Shown: positions 26,869 to 35,570, counted from the stretch's first letter. The stretch: DNA of 64,000 nt from an uncultured Candidatus Saccharibacteria bacterium (GCA_964627095.1 CAZVKH010000001.1:8451-72450); one strand, 5' to 3'. Notes: a model not told the origin generated them from the sequence alone. Translations and numbers: made by a program.

Positions 26869-26895
26869 GTTTGGGTTCTCGGCGCGTGCTCCATG

Positions 26896-26920
26896 AAAAA
26901 AGCCGAACACAAGGTTCGAC
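26896..26920 (-). terminator. rho-independent terminator of tRNA-Lys
   Basis: On the minus strand, GTCGAAC-CTTGT-GTTCGGC followed by TTTTTT. The imperfect pair is G.U on minus only. Confidence 0.6.
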
Positions 26921-26928
26921 TGTTTTCA

Positions 26929-27005
26929 TGGAGGGCCCACTGGGACTCGAACCCAGGACACCCTGCTTAAAAGGCAGGTGCTCTAACCGGCTGAGCTATG
27001 GGCCC
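26929..27005 (-). tRNA. tRNA-Lys (TTT)
   Basis: Acceptor GGGCCCA/TGGGCCC, anticodon arm CCTGC-CTTTTAA-GCAGG, T arm CTGGG-TTCGAGT-CCCAG, CCA encoded. Confidence 0.9.
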
Positions 27006-27078
27006 ACATAGATCAAGAATTGCCGAATTAACTTCTTACATTATCCGTATTTTTGCCAAAAAGTCAATGTTCGGCGCT

Positions 27079-27573
27079 TTAGCGACGGCGGCGTTGACGG
27101 CGTCGGTGATGCCGTGGGTGAGCCATCCAAAAGCTGGCTAAGCTAACAAACACGCCGACTACCACCACAAATTCTTTGCTATTCATTAGCAGTGTCCAAC
27201 CACTTAGGCTGGTAATGGTGTCTTGTGGGCCGCTAGGCAGCAGCGGTACGGCTAAGATCACGCCAACAATACCCAGGGCAATGGCTGGCAGAACATTAAC
27301 GAAAGTTTTAGGACCAGACATCGACTTGGTGGTAAAAATAGTGCTCAGGACGGCTGGTAAGACCAGTAGAGCAAACTGAAAGTACTGATTAACAACGTCG
27401 GAGTTATTGCCAATTGCTGAGCCAACTAAGCCGGCTTCGTTACCAGCAAACTGCACTAATACAGCGCCGGCGCAAAGGCTTAAAAAGACCACGGCGGCGT
27501 TTGCTCGAAGCAATAAAACCACCAAGACTGGGGCAGCAATCGCTACCAACAGAGCAATATTTTGCATTATCAT
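27079..27573 (-). CDS. four-helix membrane protein ending in a poly-Arg tail
   Basis: Hydrophobic ORF 33 nt downstream of rimK on the same strand. The C-terminus is HPRHHRRRQRRRR. Confidence 0.55.
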   Translation of the reverse strand: MIMQNIALLVAIAAPVLVVLLLRANAAVVFLSLCAGAVLVQFAGNEAGLVGSAIGNNSDVVNQYFQFALLVLPAVLSTIFTTKSMSGPKTFVNVLPAIALGIVGVILAVPLLPSGPQDTITSLSGWTLLMNSKEFVVVVGVFVSLASFWMAHPRHHRRRQRRRR

Positions 27574-27606
27574 GCGCCCATCATAGCATGAGCGGGTTGG
27601 TTTTGC

Positions 27607-28512
27607 TTAGGCGCCGACGCGGTCGCGCTTGCCGCGCTTGCTCTTGGCATTTTGTTCGACGTAGTCGATAATCTTGCCGGCAATATTGCGGCCGGTCACT
27701 TTTTCAATAGCAAAGCCAGGGCTGGCGTTAACTTCTAGTACTAATGGCCCGCGCTCGGAACGCATCAAGTCGACACCAGATATTGGCAGACCCATGGCCT
27801 TGGCGGCCCGTACGGCTGTCTTCTTTTCTTCGTCGGTCAGCTTAACCACCGTACCTTCACCGCCCTGGTGTAGGTTTGAACGGAAGTCATCATCTAGGCT
27901 TTGGCGCTGCATACTAGCTACAACCTTGCCATTAACTACAAAGGCCCGGATGTCGGTACCGGCCGATTCGGCCACAAATTCCTGCACCAAAAAGTTCACG
28001 CCTTCTACATAGAAAGCTTGCATTACCGCCTCGGCAGCTTTGCGAGTTTCGGCTAGTACGACGCCCTTACCGTGAGTACCGCGGGCCACCTTAATAATTA
28101 GTGGTGCACCGCCGGCTTGTTCAATTAAGTCCTCTACCTGGGCAGTTTCGCGGGCAAATACAGTTTTAGGGATACCAACGCCAGAACGAGCTAGAATCTG
28201 AGCGGCGCGCAGTTTGTCGCGCGTGCGGTTGATCGCTAGCGAACTAGCGGTACTAAAAACGCCCTGCATCTCGAATTGGCGCACAATTGAAGTACCGTAC
28301 TTGGTTAAGTTAGAGGCAATGCGCGGGATAATAACGTCGATGTCGTTTATTTCTTCACCTTCGTAACGCACGACTGGGTTGCCTTGTTCTAGAGTTACAT
28401 AGCACTTGGCATAGTTAATAACGCGGACGTTGTGGCCACGTTCTTCGGCTTCGGCCTTGATTCGCTTGGTTGAAACGTTATCAGGGCCCTTCGACAAAAT
28501 AGCTATGTTCAT
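27607..28512 (-). CDS. rimK: RimK-type ATP-grasp alpha-L-glutamate ligase
   Basis: Collinear by eye with E. coli RimK along the whole length (IPRI, RQFE, RDKLR, GAPLIIK, GVVLAETR, DIR..VV, DFRSNLH.GG, GVDL, GPLVLEVNASPG). Confidence 0.9.
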   Translation of the reverse strand: MNIAILSKGPDNVSTKRIKAEAEERGHNVRVINYAKCYVTLEQGNPVVRYEGEEINDIDVIIPRIASNLTKYGTSIVRQFEMQGVFSTASSLAINRTRDKLRAAQILARSGVGIPKTVFARETAQVEDLIEQAGGAPLIIKVARGTHGKGVVLAETRKAAEAVMQAFYVEGVNFLVQEFVAESAGTDIRAFVVNGKVVASMQRQSLDDDFRSNLHQGGEGTVVKLTDEEKKTAVRAAKAMGLPISGVDLMRSERGPLVLEVNASPGFAIEKVTGRNIAGKIIDYVEQNAKSKRGKRDRVGA

Positions 28513-28521
28513 ATTCCGACC

Positions 28522-28935
28522 TTACTTATTTATTCTGTTTACGTCAACTAGCAAGTTATTCTTGCGGATAAAACGACGACCAATTAACACCGGCCACTTC
28601 ATCTCGCTGCGATCGGCCAAGGTTAATAGGATGTCGTATTCATTACCATCAAGAATGATTTTAGTATCTATGGCGTAACGACGCTCTTCGTGACCATTCG
28701 AGCTAGTGACGCGTTTTATGCGATATTCGTTTACGGCAATAACCTTTTCGGGATGGTCAAAGGGCGAAAAGTAGAGCGTTTTGACACCGTCCACCACTTC
28801 TTTACGAATGTTGGTAGCATGAAGCGCACCGGTGTAGGCACCGGTATCAATTTTGGCGACAACCTTAGTAATACCAAACTCTGGGAAGCTGGCTTTTTCG
28901 AAGGCACCAATAACTTTTTGCGGTTCTTTAGTCAT
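28522..28935 (-). CDS. DUF785 retropepsin-like protease ('ATP-dependent zinc protease' family, RimB-like)
   Basis: KIDTGA (D-T-G-A aspartic signature) and a LIGRRFI tail. Directly upstream of rimK. Confidence 0.75.
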   Translation of the reverse strand: MTKEPQKVIGAFEKASFPEFGITKVVAKIDTGAYTGALHATNIRKEVVDGVKTLYFSPFDHPEKVIAVNEYRIKRVTSSNGHEERRYAIDTKIILDGNEYDILLTLADRSEMKWPVLIGRRFIRKNNLLVDVNRINK

Positions 28936-29004
28936 AGTTATCCCACTTACGCTTAAACTATCTAAATTATAGCATATTTCTTTATATTTTTCAATACTTT
29001 GCGC

Positions 29005-29121
29005 CTATTTTGGGGCGCTGGCAACCCTGGCGTAAACCAAGACGATCGCTACAACCAGTATAACAAGCAGGAATATCATAAGTGGGATAAAGCCATCTTG
29101 ATTAAGCTTGAGCCGTTTCAT
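29005..29121 (-). CDS. 38-aa prepilin-leader-like micro-protein
   Basis: MKRLKLNQDGFIPLMIFLLVILVVAIVLVYARVASAPK shares NQDGF plus a hydrophobic helix with the pilin at 18182, but has no Glu5 and no globular domain. TATGAT lies 6 nt upstream of the ATG. Confidence 0.35.
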   Translation of the reverse strand: MKRLKLNQDGFIPLMIFLLVILVVAIVLVYARVASAPK

Positions 29122-29136
29122 GGTATAATCATACCA
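29121..29136. promoter_or_regulatory. near-palindromic bidirectional -10 region TGGTATAATCATACCA
   Basis: TATAAT (+, 29124..29129) faces the GGDEF gene. TATGAT (-, 29128..29133) faces the 38-aa ORF. Confidence 0.4.
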
Positions 29137-29166
29137 GAATCGACCAAATAAAAACGACAACAAACT

Positions 29167-30039
29167 ATGAGCCAAGATCAACCTCAACAACCTCAGGAAG
29201 CTCCAGCTGAGTATGCCGACGTCTGGCACCAGCTCGACCCAGGCACGAAACTGCTTTTGTCGGACCCCGAAGGCTTAATACCAGCCGAGCAGCCACCTTA
29301 TAATCCCGATCCACCAGAAAGTCTCGGTTTAATCGGCAGCGTTGAAAAAGATGCTTATAAATATGCCTATACAGCAGCTCGCGGACTAGTTGAAAAGGAT
29401 GTCTTGAAAAAAGAAAACCTAATAACCACCCAAGAAAGAGACCAAGCCCAACTGGCCGCCAAAGAGGCTCGTTACGAAGCCACACATGACAAGATGACTG
29501 GGTTTTATAATAGAGCTGGTTTTGATATAGCCTTACAGCGCATGATAGACACCAACCCTGATGCCGATATTGGCATACTATATATTGATATTGATAACTT
29601 CAAATCTATAAATGATTCCGAAGGGCATGATGGAGGTGACGCCTTCCTTAAGGAGACCGTTGCTTGGTTGCGAGAAGTCAATGATCACCCCGAGCAAACC
29701 ATGGACAGCCAAATCGATCCGGCCGAACAAGATATGATCATGGCTAGAGTCGGTGGCGATGAGTTAGTCATAGCTATAAACTACAGCCGGGTCAACCGGC
29801 CCATAGACGAAAGCGTCGAAAAACAACTGCTAACTGATCGCGACCGCTTATACAAAGGTTTTAACCAGTTCATGGAAAAACAACATTACTACCTACTTAC
29901 CGAATTCAATGTTGGTGTCTCAATTGGCGTAGCCCACTGGCGCCTGGGCATTGACCCAGATAAACTTGTTATTCGTGGGGATAAAGACATGTACCGTCAA
30001 AAGGCTATTAATAGACGTGGCGGTGATCGGCGTCGTTAG
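29167..30039 (+). CDS. GGDEF-domain protein (motif GGDEL)
   Basis: DKMTGFYNR, DIDNFKSINDSEGHDGGD and RVGGDELVIA. The N-terminal ~100 aa is unstructured and coiled. Confidence 0.75.
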   Translation: MSQDQPQQPQEAPAEYADVWHQLDPGTKLLLSDPEGLIPAEQPPYNPDPPESLGLIGSVEKDAYKYAYTAARGLVEKDVLKKENLITTQERDQAQLAAKEARYEATHDKMTGFYNRAGFDIALQRMIDTNPDADIGILYIDIDNFKSINDSEGHDGGDAFLKETVAWLREVNDHPEQTMDSQIDPAEQDMIMARVGGDELVIAINYSRVNRPIDESVEKQLLTDRDRLYKGFNQFMEKQHYYLLTEFNVGVSIGVAHWRLGIDPDKLVIRGDKDMYRQKAINRRGGDRRR

Positions 30040-31139
30040 CGCCAAAAACCTTTTTTGTGGCCCTGACTTTTACCAAACTGTTCGAGTAAGTCCTTCTGTT
30101 CTTTAGAAAGTTTGTGTGGTGTTTCGACCACCAAAGTAACAATATGAGCGCCGCGGCCACCACCACGCATGTGCGTGACACCGTGACCAGATAGTTTAAA
30201 GTCGGTGCCACTCTGCGTACCAGCCGGCACTTTCATGCGGACTGGTCCATCGACAGTTTCTACTTCTATTTCGGTACCGAGGGCGGCCGCTACCATGCCG
30301 ACGGTTTCTTGGCTCAAAATTAGATCGCCTTCGCGCGTGAACTTTTTGTGGGGTTTAACTCGTACATCAACGTACAAGTCACCGGTTTCACCACGCCCCA
30401 TGGCGTTGCCTTGTTCGCGTAAACGGATGGTTGTACCATCGTCAATGCCGGCCGGAACTTTAATTTGCAGCTCGCGTTGTTTGTGCTGAGTGCCCTTACC
30501 GTGACAAACACTACAAACCTTTTCTGGAACCTTACCGGCACCATGGCAGGTTGGGCAAACGGCGGCTTGCTCGATATTACCAAAGATCGTTCGGACGGCC
30601 TGGCGAACCTGTCCGTGCCCGTTACAGGTTTGGCAAGTCTTTAGTTCGTGACCAGGTTCAACAGTTGTACCCTTACAGTGTTCGCATTTAACCTGGCTGC
30701 TATAACGAACGGTCACCTCAGTGCCAAAGACAGCTTCTTCAAAACTAATTGTCGTGGCGACACTAACGTCTTCGCCGCGACGACGCTGCCGGCCACCTTG
30801 CTGGCCACCACCAAAGAAACTACTAAAGATGTCGCCCAGGCCAAGATCGCCAAAATCAAAGTTCACATTTTGGCCTTGGCCACCAAAACCAGCAAACGGA
30901 TCACCGCCGCCACTCGCACCACCGACGCCAGCATGGCCAAACTGATCATAGCGCTGGCGCTTACCACCATCTTTTAGAACCTCATAGGCTTCGTTGACTT
31001 CCTTGAACTTGGCCTCGTCGCCACCACGATCGGGATGAAACTCAATCGCCTTCTTGCGAAAGGCTTTCTTGATTTCGTCATCGCTGGCCGATTTACCAAT
31101 GCCCAGGACTTCGTAGTAATCACGCTTGCTCATTATCAC
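30036..31139 (-). CDS. dnaJ: chaperone DnaJ
   Basis: J domain (DYYEVLG, HPD), a G/F region and four CxxCxGxG zinc motifs. The start may be at 31133. Confidence 0.95.
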   Translation of the reverse strand: MIMSKRDYYEVLGIGKSASDDEIKKAFRKKAIEFHPDRGGDEAKFKEVNEAYEVLKDGGKRQRYDQFGHAGVGGASGGGDPFAGFGGQGQNVNFDFGDLGLGDIFSSFFGGGQQGGRQRRRGEDVSVATTISFEEAVFGTEVTVRYSSQVKCEHCKGTTVEPGHELKTCQTCNGHGQVRQAVRTIFGNIEQAAVCPTCHGAGKVPEKVCSVCHGKGTQHKQRELQIKVPAGIDDGTTIRLREQGNAMGRGETGDLYVDVRVKPHKKFTREGDLILSQETVGMVAAALGTEIEVETVDGPVRMKVPAGTQSGTDFKLSGHGVTHMRGGGRGAHIVTLVVETPHKLSKEQKDLLEQFGKSQGHKKGFWR

Positions 31140-31290
31140 CTCGTCTTAGTTGGGTAGCTTCTATTATATTCCGAAAATTCAATTCTGGGTCGGCTGTTTC
31201 ATCCGGCGGTATTGTCGTATCTTGTAGATCCTGGTAATACTGAGTTACTCGCCGACCCTTTTCTTGTAGAGCATCATCGAATTCACTCAT
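31120..31290 (-). CDS. 56-aa acidic hypothetical protein inside the dnaK operon
   Basis: Its ATG overlaps the cutA-like stop (ATGA) and its end overlaps the dnaJ start. No motif recognised. Confidence 0.4.
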   Translation of the reverse strand: MSEFDDALQEKGRRVTQYYQDLQDTTIPPDETADPELNFRNIIEATQLRRGDNEQA

Positions 31291-31601
31291 GCCAACTCCT
31301 GTTCTAGCCAAGTCTGAGCATCTTTTGATAACTTAGTGACAGGAATCGATTGAAGGACAAACGTGTCATAACTATGCAACTTGGCAACTTCTCTTTCGAC
31401 CTTTTCAAACAGATCCTCGCGCGAGTCCATCACCAATAGAGTTTCGTGGTTATTGGCTTTTTCGCCCTTCCAAAGAAAGTGAGAATCTACCGAAACCTGC
31501 TTGGCGCAAGCTACCAACTTTAGGTCAAGTAAGGATTGAGATATCAAGTCAGCCTCAGCTCGATCTTTACAGGTTAACCAAAGTTGGCAAAAGCCTGGCA
31601 T
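31287..31601 (-). CDS. cutA: CutA1-like divalent-cation tolerance protein
   Basis: ~104 aa with the ...LVACAK....S.F.WKGE......E..L..K pattern of CutA. Confidence 0.7.
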   Translation of the reverse strand: MPGFCQLWLTCKDRAEADLISQSLLDLKLVACAKQVSVDSHFLWKGEKANNHETLLVMDSREDLFEKVEREVAKLHSYDTFVLQSIPVTKLSKDAQTWLEQELA

Positions 31602-33520
31602 TATTTTTTCTTCTTGTCTTCTTTTTCGTCGTCGACGACTTCGCCTTCGACTGGTTCGTCTTTGTCGGACTTCTTGTCACCGTCTTCGGCTGGGGCTTCT
31701 TCTTTGGCAGCTTCTTCATAAAGCTTGGCGCCAATTGGCATAGTCTTGTCGGTTAGCTCCTTGGCAGCGGCTTCTAGGGCATCTTTGTCGGCCTTGTCGT
31801 CAGCTACAACTTTTTTAGCATCTTCAACGGCTTCTTCGATTACCTTCTTGTCGTCATCGCTAATCTTGTCTTTATTGTCGGCAATCATCTTCTCGGCCTG
31901 ATAGACAGAACTGTCTAGGGTATTGCGGGCATCAATTGCTTCGCGCTTTTTCTTGTCCTCTTCGGCATGAGCTTCGGCTTCTTTAGCCATTTTTTCGACT
32001 TCTTCTTTAGAAAGGCCCGAGCTGTTTTGGATAGTAATACTCTGTTCCTTACCCGAACCCTTGTCCTTGGCCGAGACATTCAAGATACCGTTGGCATCCA
32101 AGTTAAAAGTAACTTCAATCTGGGGAACACCGCGGGGGGCCGATGGAATACCATCGAGCACAAAACGTCCGAGTGACTTGTTGTCGGCGACCATTTCACG
32201 CTCACCTTGGACAACGTGGATTTCTACTTGTGGTTGGTTGTCGGCAGCAGTACTAAAGGTTTCGGACTTGCTGGTTGGAATTGTCGTGTTACGTTCAATC
32301 AGTTTAGTCGCGACGCCACCAAGCGTTTCGATACCAAGACTAAGTGGTGTTACGTCTAGCAAAAGCACGTCTTTAACGTCACCCTGCAAGACACCACCTT
32401 GAATGGCGGCACCAATGGCCACAACTTCGTCGGGGTTAACACCCTTCATTGGTTCTTTGCCAAAGATGTTCTTAACCTTTTCTTGAACGGCCGGCATACG
32501 GGTCATACCACCAACCAGAACAATGGCATCGATGTCACTGGCTTTTAGGCCAGCGTCTTTAAGGGCCTTTTCGCAAGGAATAGCTGTTTTGTCGATTAGC
32601 TCGCCAACCAAGCTTTCCAACTTAGAGCGAGTCAGCTTGTGCTCAAAGTGCTTAGGACCATCGGCGTCGGCTGTTAAGAATGGCAGGTTAATGTTGATTT
32701 CGTTAGTGGTACTAAGCTCGATCTTGGCCTTTTCGGCTTCGTCACGCAGACGCTGCATAGCAGCTTTGTCGTCGGTAATGTCTAGGCCGTGTTCTTTTTT
32801 GAACTCGTCGGCAAAGTAGTTTACTAAAACGCGGTCGAAGTCGGCACCACCTAGGTGAGTGTCACCATTGGTGGACTTAACTTCAAAGACACCGTCACCC
32901 AGTTCCAAAATGGAAACATCGAAGGTACCACCACCAAGGTCGTAAACGGCAATTTTTTCGTCTTTCTTACTGCCCTTGTCCAAACCGTAGGCTAAAGCCG
33001 CGGCAGTTGGTTCGTTGATAATACGCTTGACTTCTAAGCCGGCAATTTTACCAGCATCTTTAGTAGCTTGGCGCTGTGAGTCATCAAAGTAAGCCGGTAC
33101 GGTAATAACAGCCTCGGTAACGCTGTCGCCCAAAAAGCTTTCGGCGTCAGTTTTAAGCTTGCCCAAGATCATGGCACTAACTTCTTCGGGGCTGTATTCT
33201 TTGTCGCCCATCTTTACCTTAACGCCGTTACCAGACTTAACCATCTCGTAACCCATTAGCTTGATGTCGCGCTGAACTTCTTTGTCGTTCCAGTTGCGAC
33301 CAATTAGGCGCTTTACTTCGTAAATTGTATTGCCGGGGTTAGTAACTTGCTGGCGGCGAGCTACCTGGCCGACTAATCTTTCGCCATTTTTATTGACGGC
33401 GACGACTGACGGCGTGGTGCGCGCACCTTCTGAGTTAGCAATAATTTCTGGCTTACCAGCCTGCATAACAGCCATGGCTGAGTTAGTTGTTCCTAGGTCG
33501 ATTCCGATGATTTTTCCCAT
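31601..33520 (-). CDS. dnaK: chaperone DnaK (Hsp70)
   Basis: [17 protein letters not shown] and other canonical Hsp70 blocks. Lys/Glu/Asp-rich tail. Confidence 0.97.
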   Translation of the reverse strand: MGKIIGIDLGTTNSAMAVMQAGKPEIIANSEGARTTPSVVAVNKNGERLVGQVARRQQVTNPGNTIYEVKRLIGRNWNDKEVQRDIKLMGYEMVKSGNGVKVKMGDKEYSPEEVSAMILGKLKTDAESFLGDSVTEAVITVPAYFDDSQRQATKDAGKIAGLEVKRIINEPTAAALAYGLDKGSKKDEKIAVYDLGGGTFDVSILELGDGVFEVKSTNGDTHLGGADFDRVLVNYFADEFKKEHGLDITDDKAAMQRLRDEAEKAKIELSTTNEININLPFLTADADGPKHFEHKLTRSKLESLVGELIDKTAIPCEKALKDAGLKASDIDAIVLVGGMTRMPAVQEKVKNIFGKEPMKGVNPDEVVAIGAAIQGGVLQGDVKDVLLLDVTPLSLGIETLGGVATKLIERNTTIPTSKSETFSTAADNQPQVEIHVVQGEREMVADNKSLGRFVLDGIPSAPRGVPQIEVTFNLDANGILNVSAKDKGSGKEQSITIQNSSGLSKEEVEKMAKEAEAHAEEDKKKREAIDARNTLDSSVYQAEKMIADNKDKISDDDKKVIEEAVEDAKKVVADDKADKDALEAAAKELTDKTMPIGAKLYEEAAKEEAPAEDGDKKSDKDEPVEGEVVDDEKEDKKKK

Positions 33521-33536
33521 AATTGTGGTTCCTTTC

Positions 33537-33725
33537 TTAATCTGAGTACACTTGTTCGTTTAATTCTGCTGGCGTTGCTTCTGGCGGCTTTTGGGGGTGG
33601 GGTGGCCGGTGAGCATTTTTGTGTGCCTCCTGGGCGGCTGCGACATCTGGTCTTACGGGAGGACCGTCACCACCAAGCGCTTCGGCTTTAGCAATAAAGT
33701 CGGCCTGGCTTGCTATTTCGCTCAT
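33537..33725 (-). CDS. 62-aa Pro-rich hypothetical protein between grpE and dnaK
   Basis: 4-nt overlap with the grpE stop. No motif recognised. Confidence 0.4.
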   Translation of the reverse strand: MSEIASQADFIAKAEALGGDGPPVRPDVAAAQEAHKNAHRPPHPQKPPEATPAELNEQVYSD

Positions 33726-34207
33726 GTCTGACTCCCCTTTTGCATTGTTACCTTTACCATGGCATGGCGAATAACCGAGTCATTCAAGCAATAACCCGAC
33801 TGTAGCTCTTCGCTAACCACCTCTACCGCACCCTCGCCCAAACCATCGCCTTCGTCCATACTGACGGCTTCGTGAACGGTTGGGTCAAAGACTTCACCAA
33901 CCGTTTTAATGCGCTGTACACCCATTTGCTGTAAGGTGGACTCGAACTGCTTAACAACACCTTGGACGCCTTGTACGTAGCTGTTGTCGGCCAATTCAGC
34001 GGGCACATGCTTAAGGGCTCGTTCAAAGTTATCAATTACCGGCAATAAATCTTCGATGACCTGCACCTTAATATGGTTTTGCAAGTTAGCGACTTGGTCA
34101 CCATGCTGGCGGCGAACATTAATTACGTCGGCGCGTTCGCGCTGCAGGGCTTCGGTTAGTTCGGCAATCTGCTGTTGTAACTCAGCAACGGTTGGTTTTT
34201 TAGGCAT
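33722..34207 (-). CDS. grpE: nucleotide exchange factor GrpE
   Basis: Coiled N-terminus, DNFERA and the GrpE-type C-terminus ...RHAMVKV. Confidence 0.9.
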   Translation of the reverse strand: MPKKPTVAELQQQIAELTEALQRERADVINVRRQHGDQVANLQNHIKVQVIEDLLPVIDNFERALKHVPAELADNSYVQGVQGVVKQFESTLQQMGVQRIKTVGEVFDPTVHEAVSMDEGDGLGEGAVEVVSEELQSGYCLNDSVIRHAMVKVTMQKGSQT

Positions 34208-34904
34208 ACAGCATCTCCTCTAAGGTGTTACCAGCGTGTTCCACCAAGCGCATAACGTCACGATATTGCTGGCGGGTAGGTCCCAGTACGCCAATATAGC
34301 TATGGTCGCTATACGGACTCCGGAACTTACTAATGATCAACGAGCAACGCGCACTGCGTCCAATTGGGTTTTCGCTACCAATATAGACGTTAAGCGGCTG
34401 GTTGGGGGCGGCTTCTTTCAGCCACGGCTCCAGGTTGTCCAGCAGCCTCGCAACTTGCTGGACCTGTTGACCATTAATAAACTCCGGCTGACCAAATAAG
34501 TTCGACAAACCACTCATGTATAACTGATCACCAATCGTGGCTATCCCCAAGTTATGAGTTAGCTCAACTAGGGTGTCAACAGTGTTACGAATCGCTCGTT
34601 CCGGTAGGCCGCTGCTAGTAGCTCGGGTTTCCAGGGCTTTAGAGGCTCGTTCGGGTGTTTTGTCGGGGTTGTCGTTGGCCAGAGCGTTTACGTAAACGCG
34701 GTAACCTTTGTCGGTCGGTACACGGCCGGCACTGGTGTGGGGCTGTGAAATGTAGCCCATGCGCTCTAGTTCGGCCATTTCGGCGCGGATAGTGGCCGAA
34801 GAAACACCAAAAACTTTGGCCATTAAACTAGAACCTACCGGACTGGCAACCTCGGCATACTGTTCCACAATAGCGGCTAGTATTTTCTGCTGTCGTTCTG
34901 TCAT
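34200..34904 (-). CDS. hrcA: heat-inducible repressor HrcA (short, 234 aa)
   Basis: N-terminal wHTH (RQQKILAAIVEQY...PVGS...SSATIR.EMAELE..GY). A CIRCE operator lies just upstream. Confidence 0.85.
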   Translation of the reverse strand: MTERQQKILAAIVEQYAEVASPVGSSLMAKVFGVSSATIRAEMAELERMGYISQPHTSAGRVPTDKGYRVYVNALANDNPDKTPERASKALETRATSSGLPERAIRNTVDTLVELTHNLGIATIGDQLYMSGLSNLFGQPEFINGQQVQQVARLLDNLEPWLKEAAPNQPLNVYIGSENPIGRSARCSLIISKFRSPYSDHSYIGVLGPTRQQYRDVMRLVEHAGNTLEEMLYA

Positions 34905-34925
34905 ACCTACAGATATGATAGAAAA

Positions 34926-34952
34926 TTAGCACTCACAAGTCAAGAGTGCTAA
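34926..34952. promoter_or_regulatory. CIRCE operator TTAGCACTC-N9-GAGTGCTAA (perfect)
   Basis: Exact consensus inverted repeat. On the minus strand the N9 spacer carries TTGACT (-35, 34938..34943), then 17 nt to TATCAT (-10, 34915..34920). Confidence 0.9.
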
Positions 34953-35524
34953 TTAGCTTTTTTAAGCCAGTCTTGGTAACCCTTTAAAACAAGCTCTCGG
35001 ACTTGTTCTAGACTGTTAACTGCCGTATCAATAACCAGATCATAGTTACTCATGACATATGGATCAATGCCATAAAGTGCTTTATAACGGCGTGATTCGC
35101 TATCCAGTCGTTTTTGCAATAATTTAGCGTATTCACTAGGGTCGCGCTCAATATTCTCGCTAGCCAAACGAGCATCATCCATACCTTTAAGAATACGCTC
35201 GGCGGCAGTTTTTAAGTCTAGGTCTAGAAAAACCTTAAATGAATCTGGCATCCAGTGCCAAGCGGTGCGCGAATCTAGCACCAACTTATCGCCAGTATTG
35301 TTAAGTTCCTGTAAACGACCGTCGACTTTCCTATCGATATCGGCGTTGTCTTCGGCTGACAGGTTGGCTTGCAACACATCAACCCCATTCTCGCGGGCAA
35401 TTGCCCGAAATAAATCACCAGAAGAGAAATGATCATAACCAAGTGCGGTCGCAACTGCTTTGGCAGTACTCGATTTACCGCTGCCCGGTCGACCGGCAAT
35501 AGTTATAATCATCTTCTTTGTCAT
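34949..35524 (-). CDS. cytidylate-kinase-like NMP kinase
   Basis: P-loop GRPGSGKSS near an MTKKMIITIAG start (35524). The stop codon lies inside the CIRCE repeat. Confidence 0.6.
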   Translation of the reverse strand: MTKKMIITIAGRPGSGKSSTAKAVATALGYDHFSSGDLFRAIARENGVDVLQANLSAEDNADIDRKVDGRLQELNNTGDKLVLDSRTAWHWMPDSFKVFLDLDLKTAAERILKGMDDARLASENIERDPSEYAKLLQKRLDSESRRYKALYGIDPYVMSNYDLVIDTAVNSLEQVRELVLKGYQDWLKKAN

Positions 35525-35570
35525 TGACCAAGTATATAATAGAGATGGAGAGCAAACAAAAGGGGAATAC

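Noticed and set aside
26751-26912. N-terminal 54-aa extension of the DUF1704-like ORF
   Set aside because: The extension covers the conserved intergenic element and the start of the tRNA-Lys terminator region. A TATAAT lies 6 nt upstream of the internal ATG at 26750. The homologous region at copy B translates out of frame.
26770-26930. Plus-strand small RNA model for the repeated element (promoter-like TAGAAT at 26770, shared hairpin as terminator)
   Set aside because: Not adopted as a feature. Copy B has no plus-strand promoter, and all three hairpins pair better on the minus strand (G.U versus C-A). The strand is left open in the findings.
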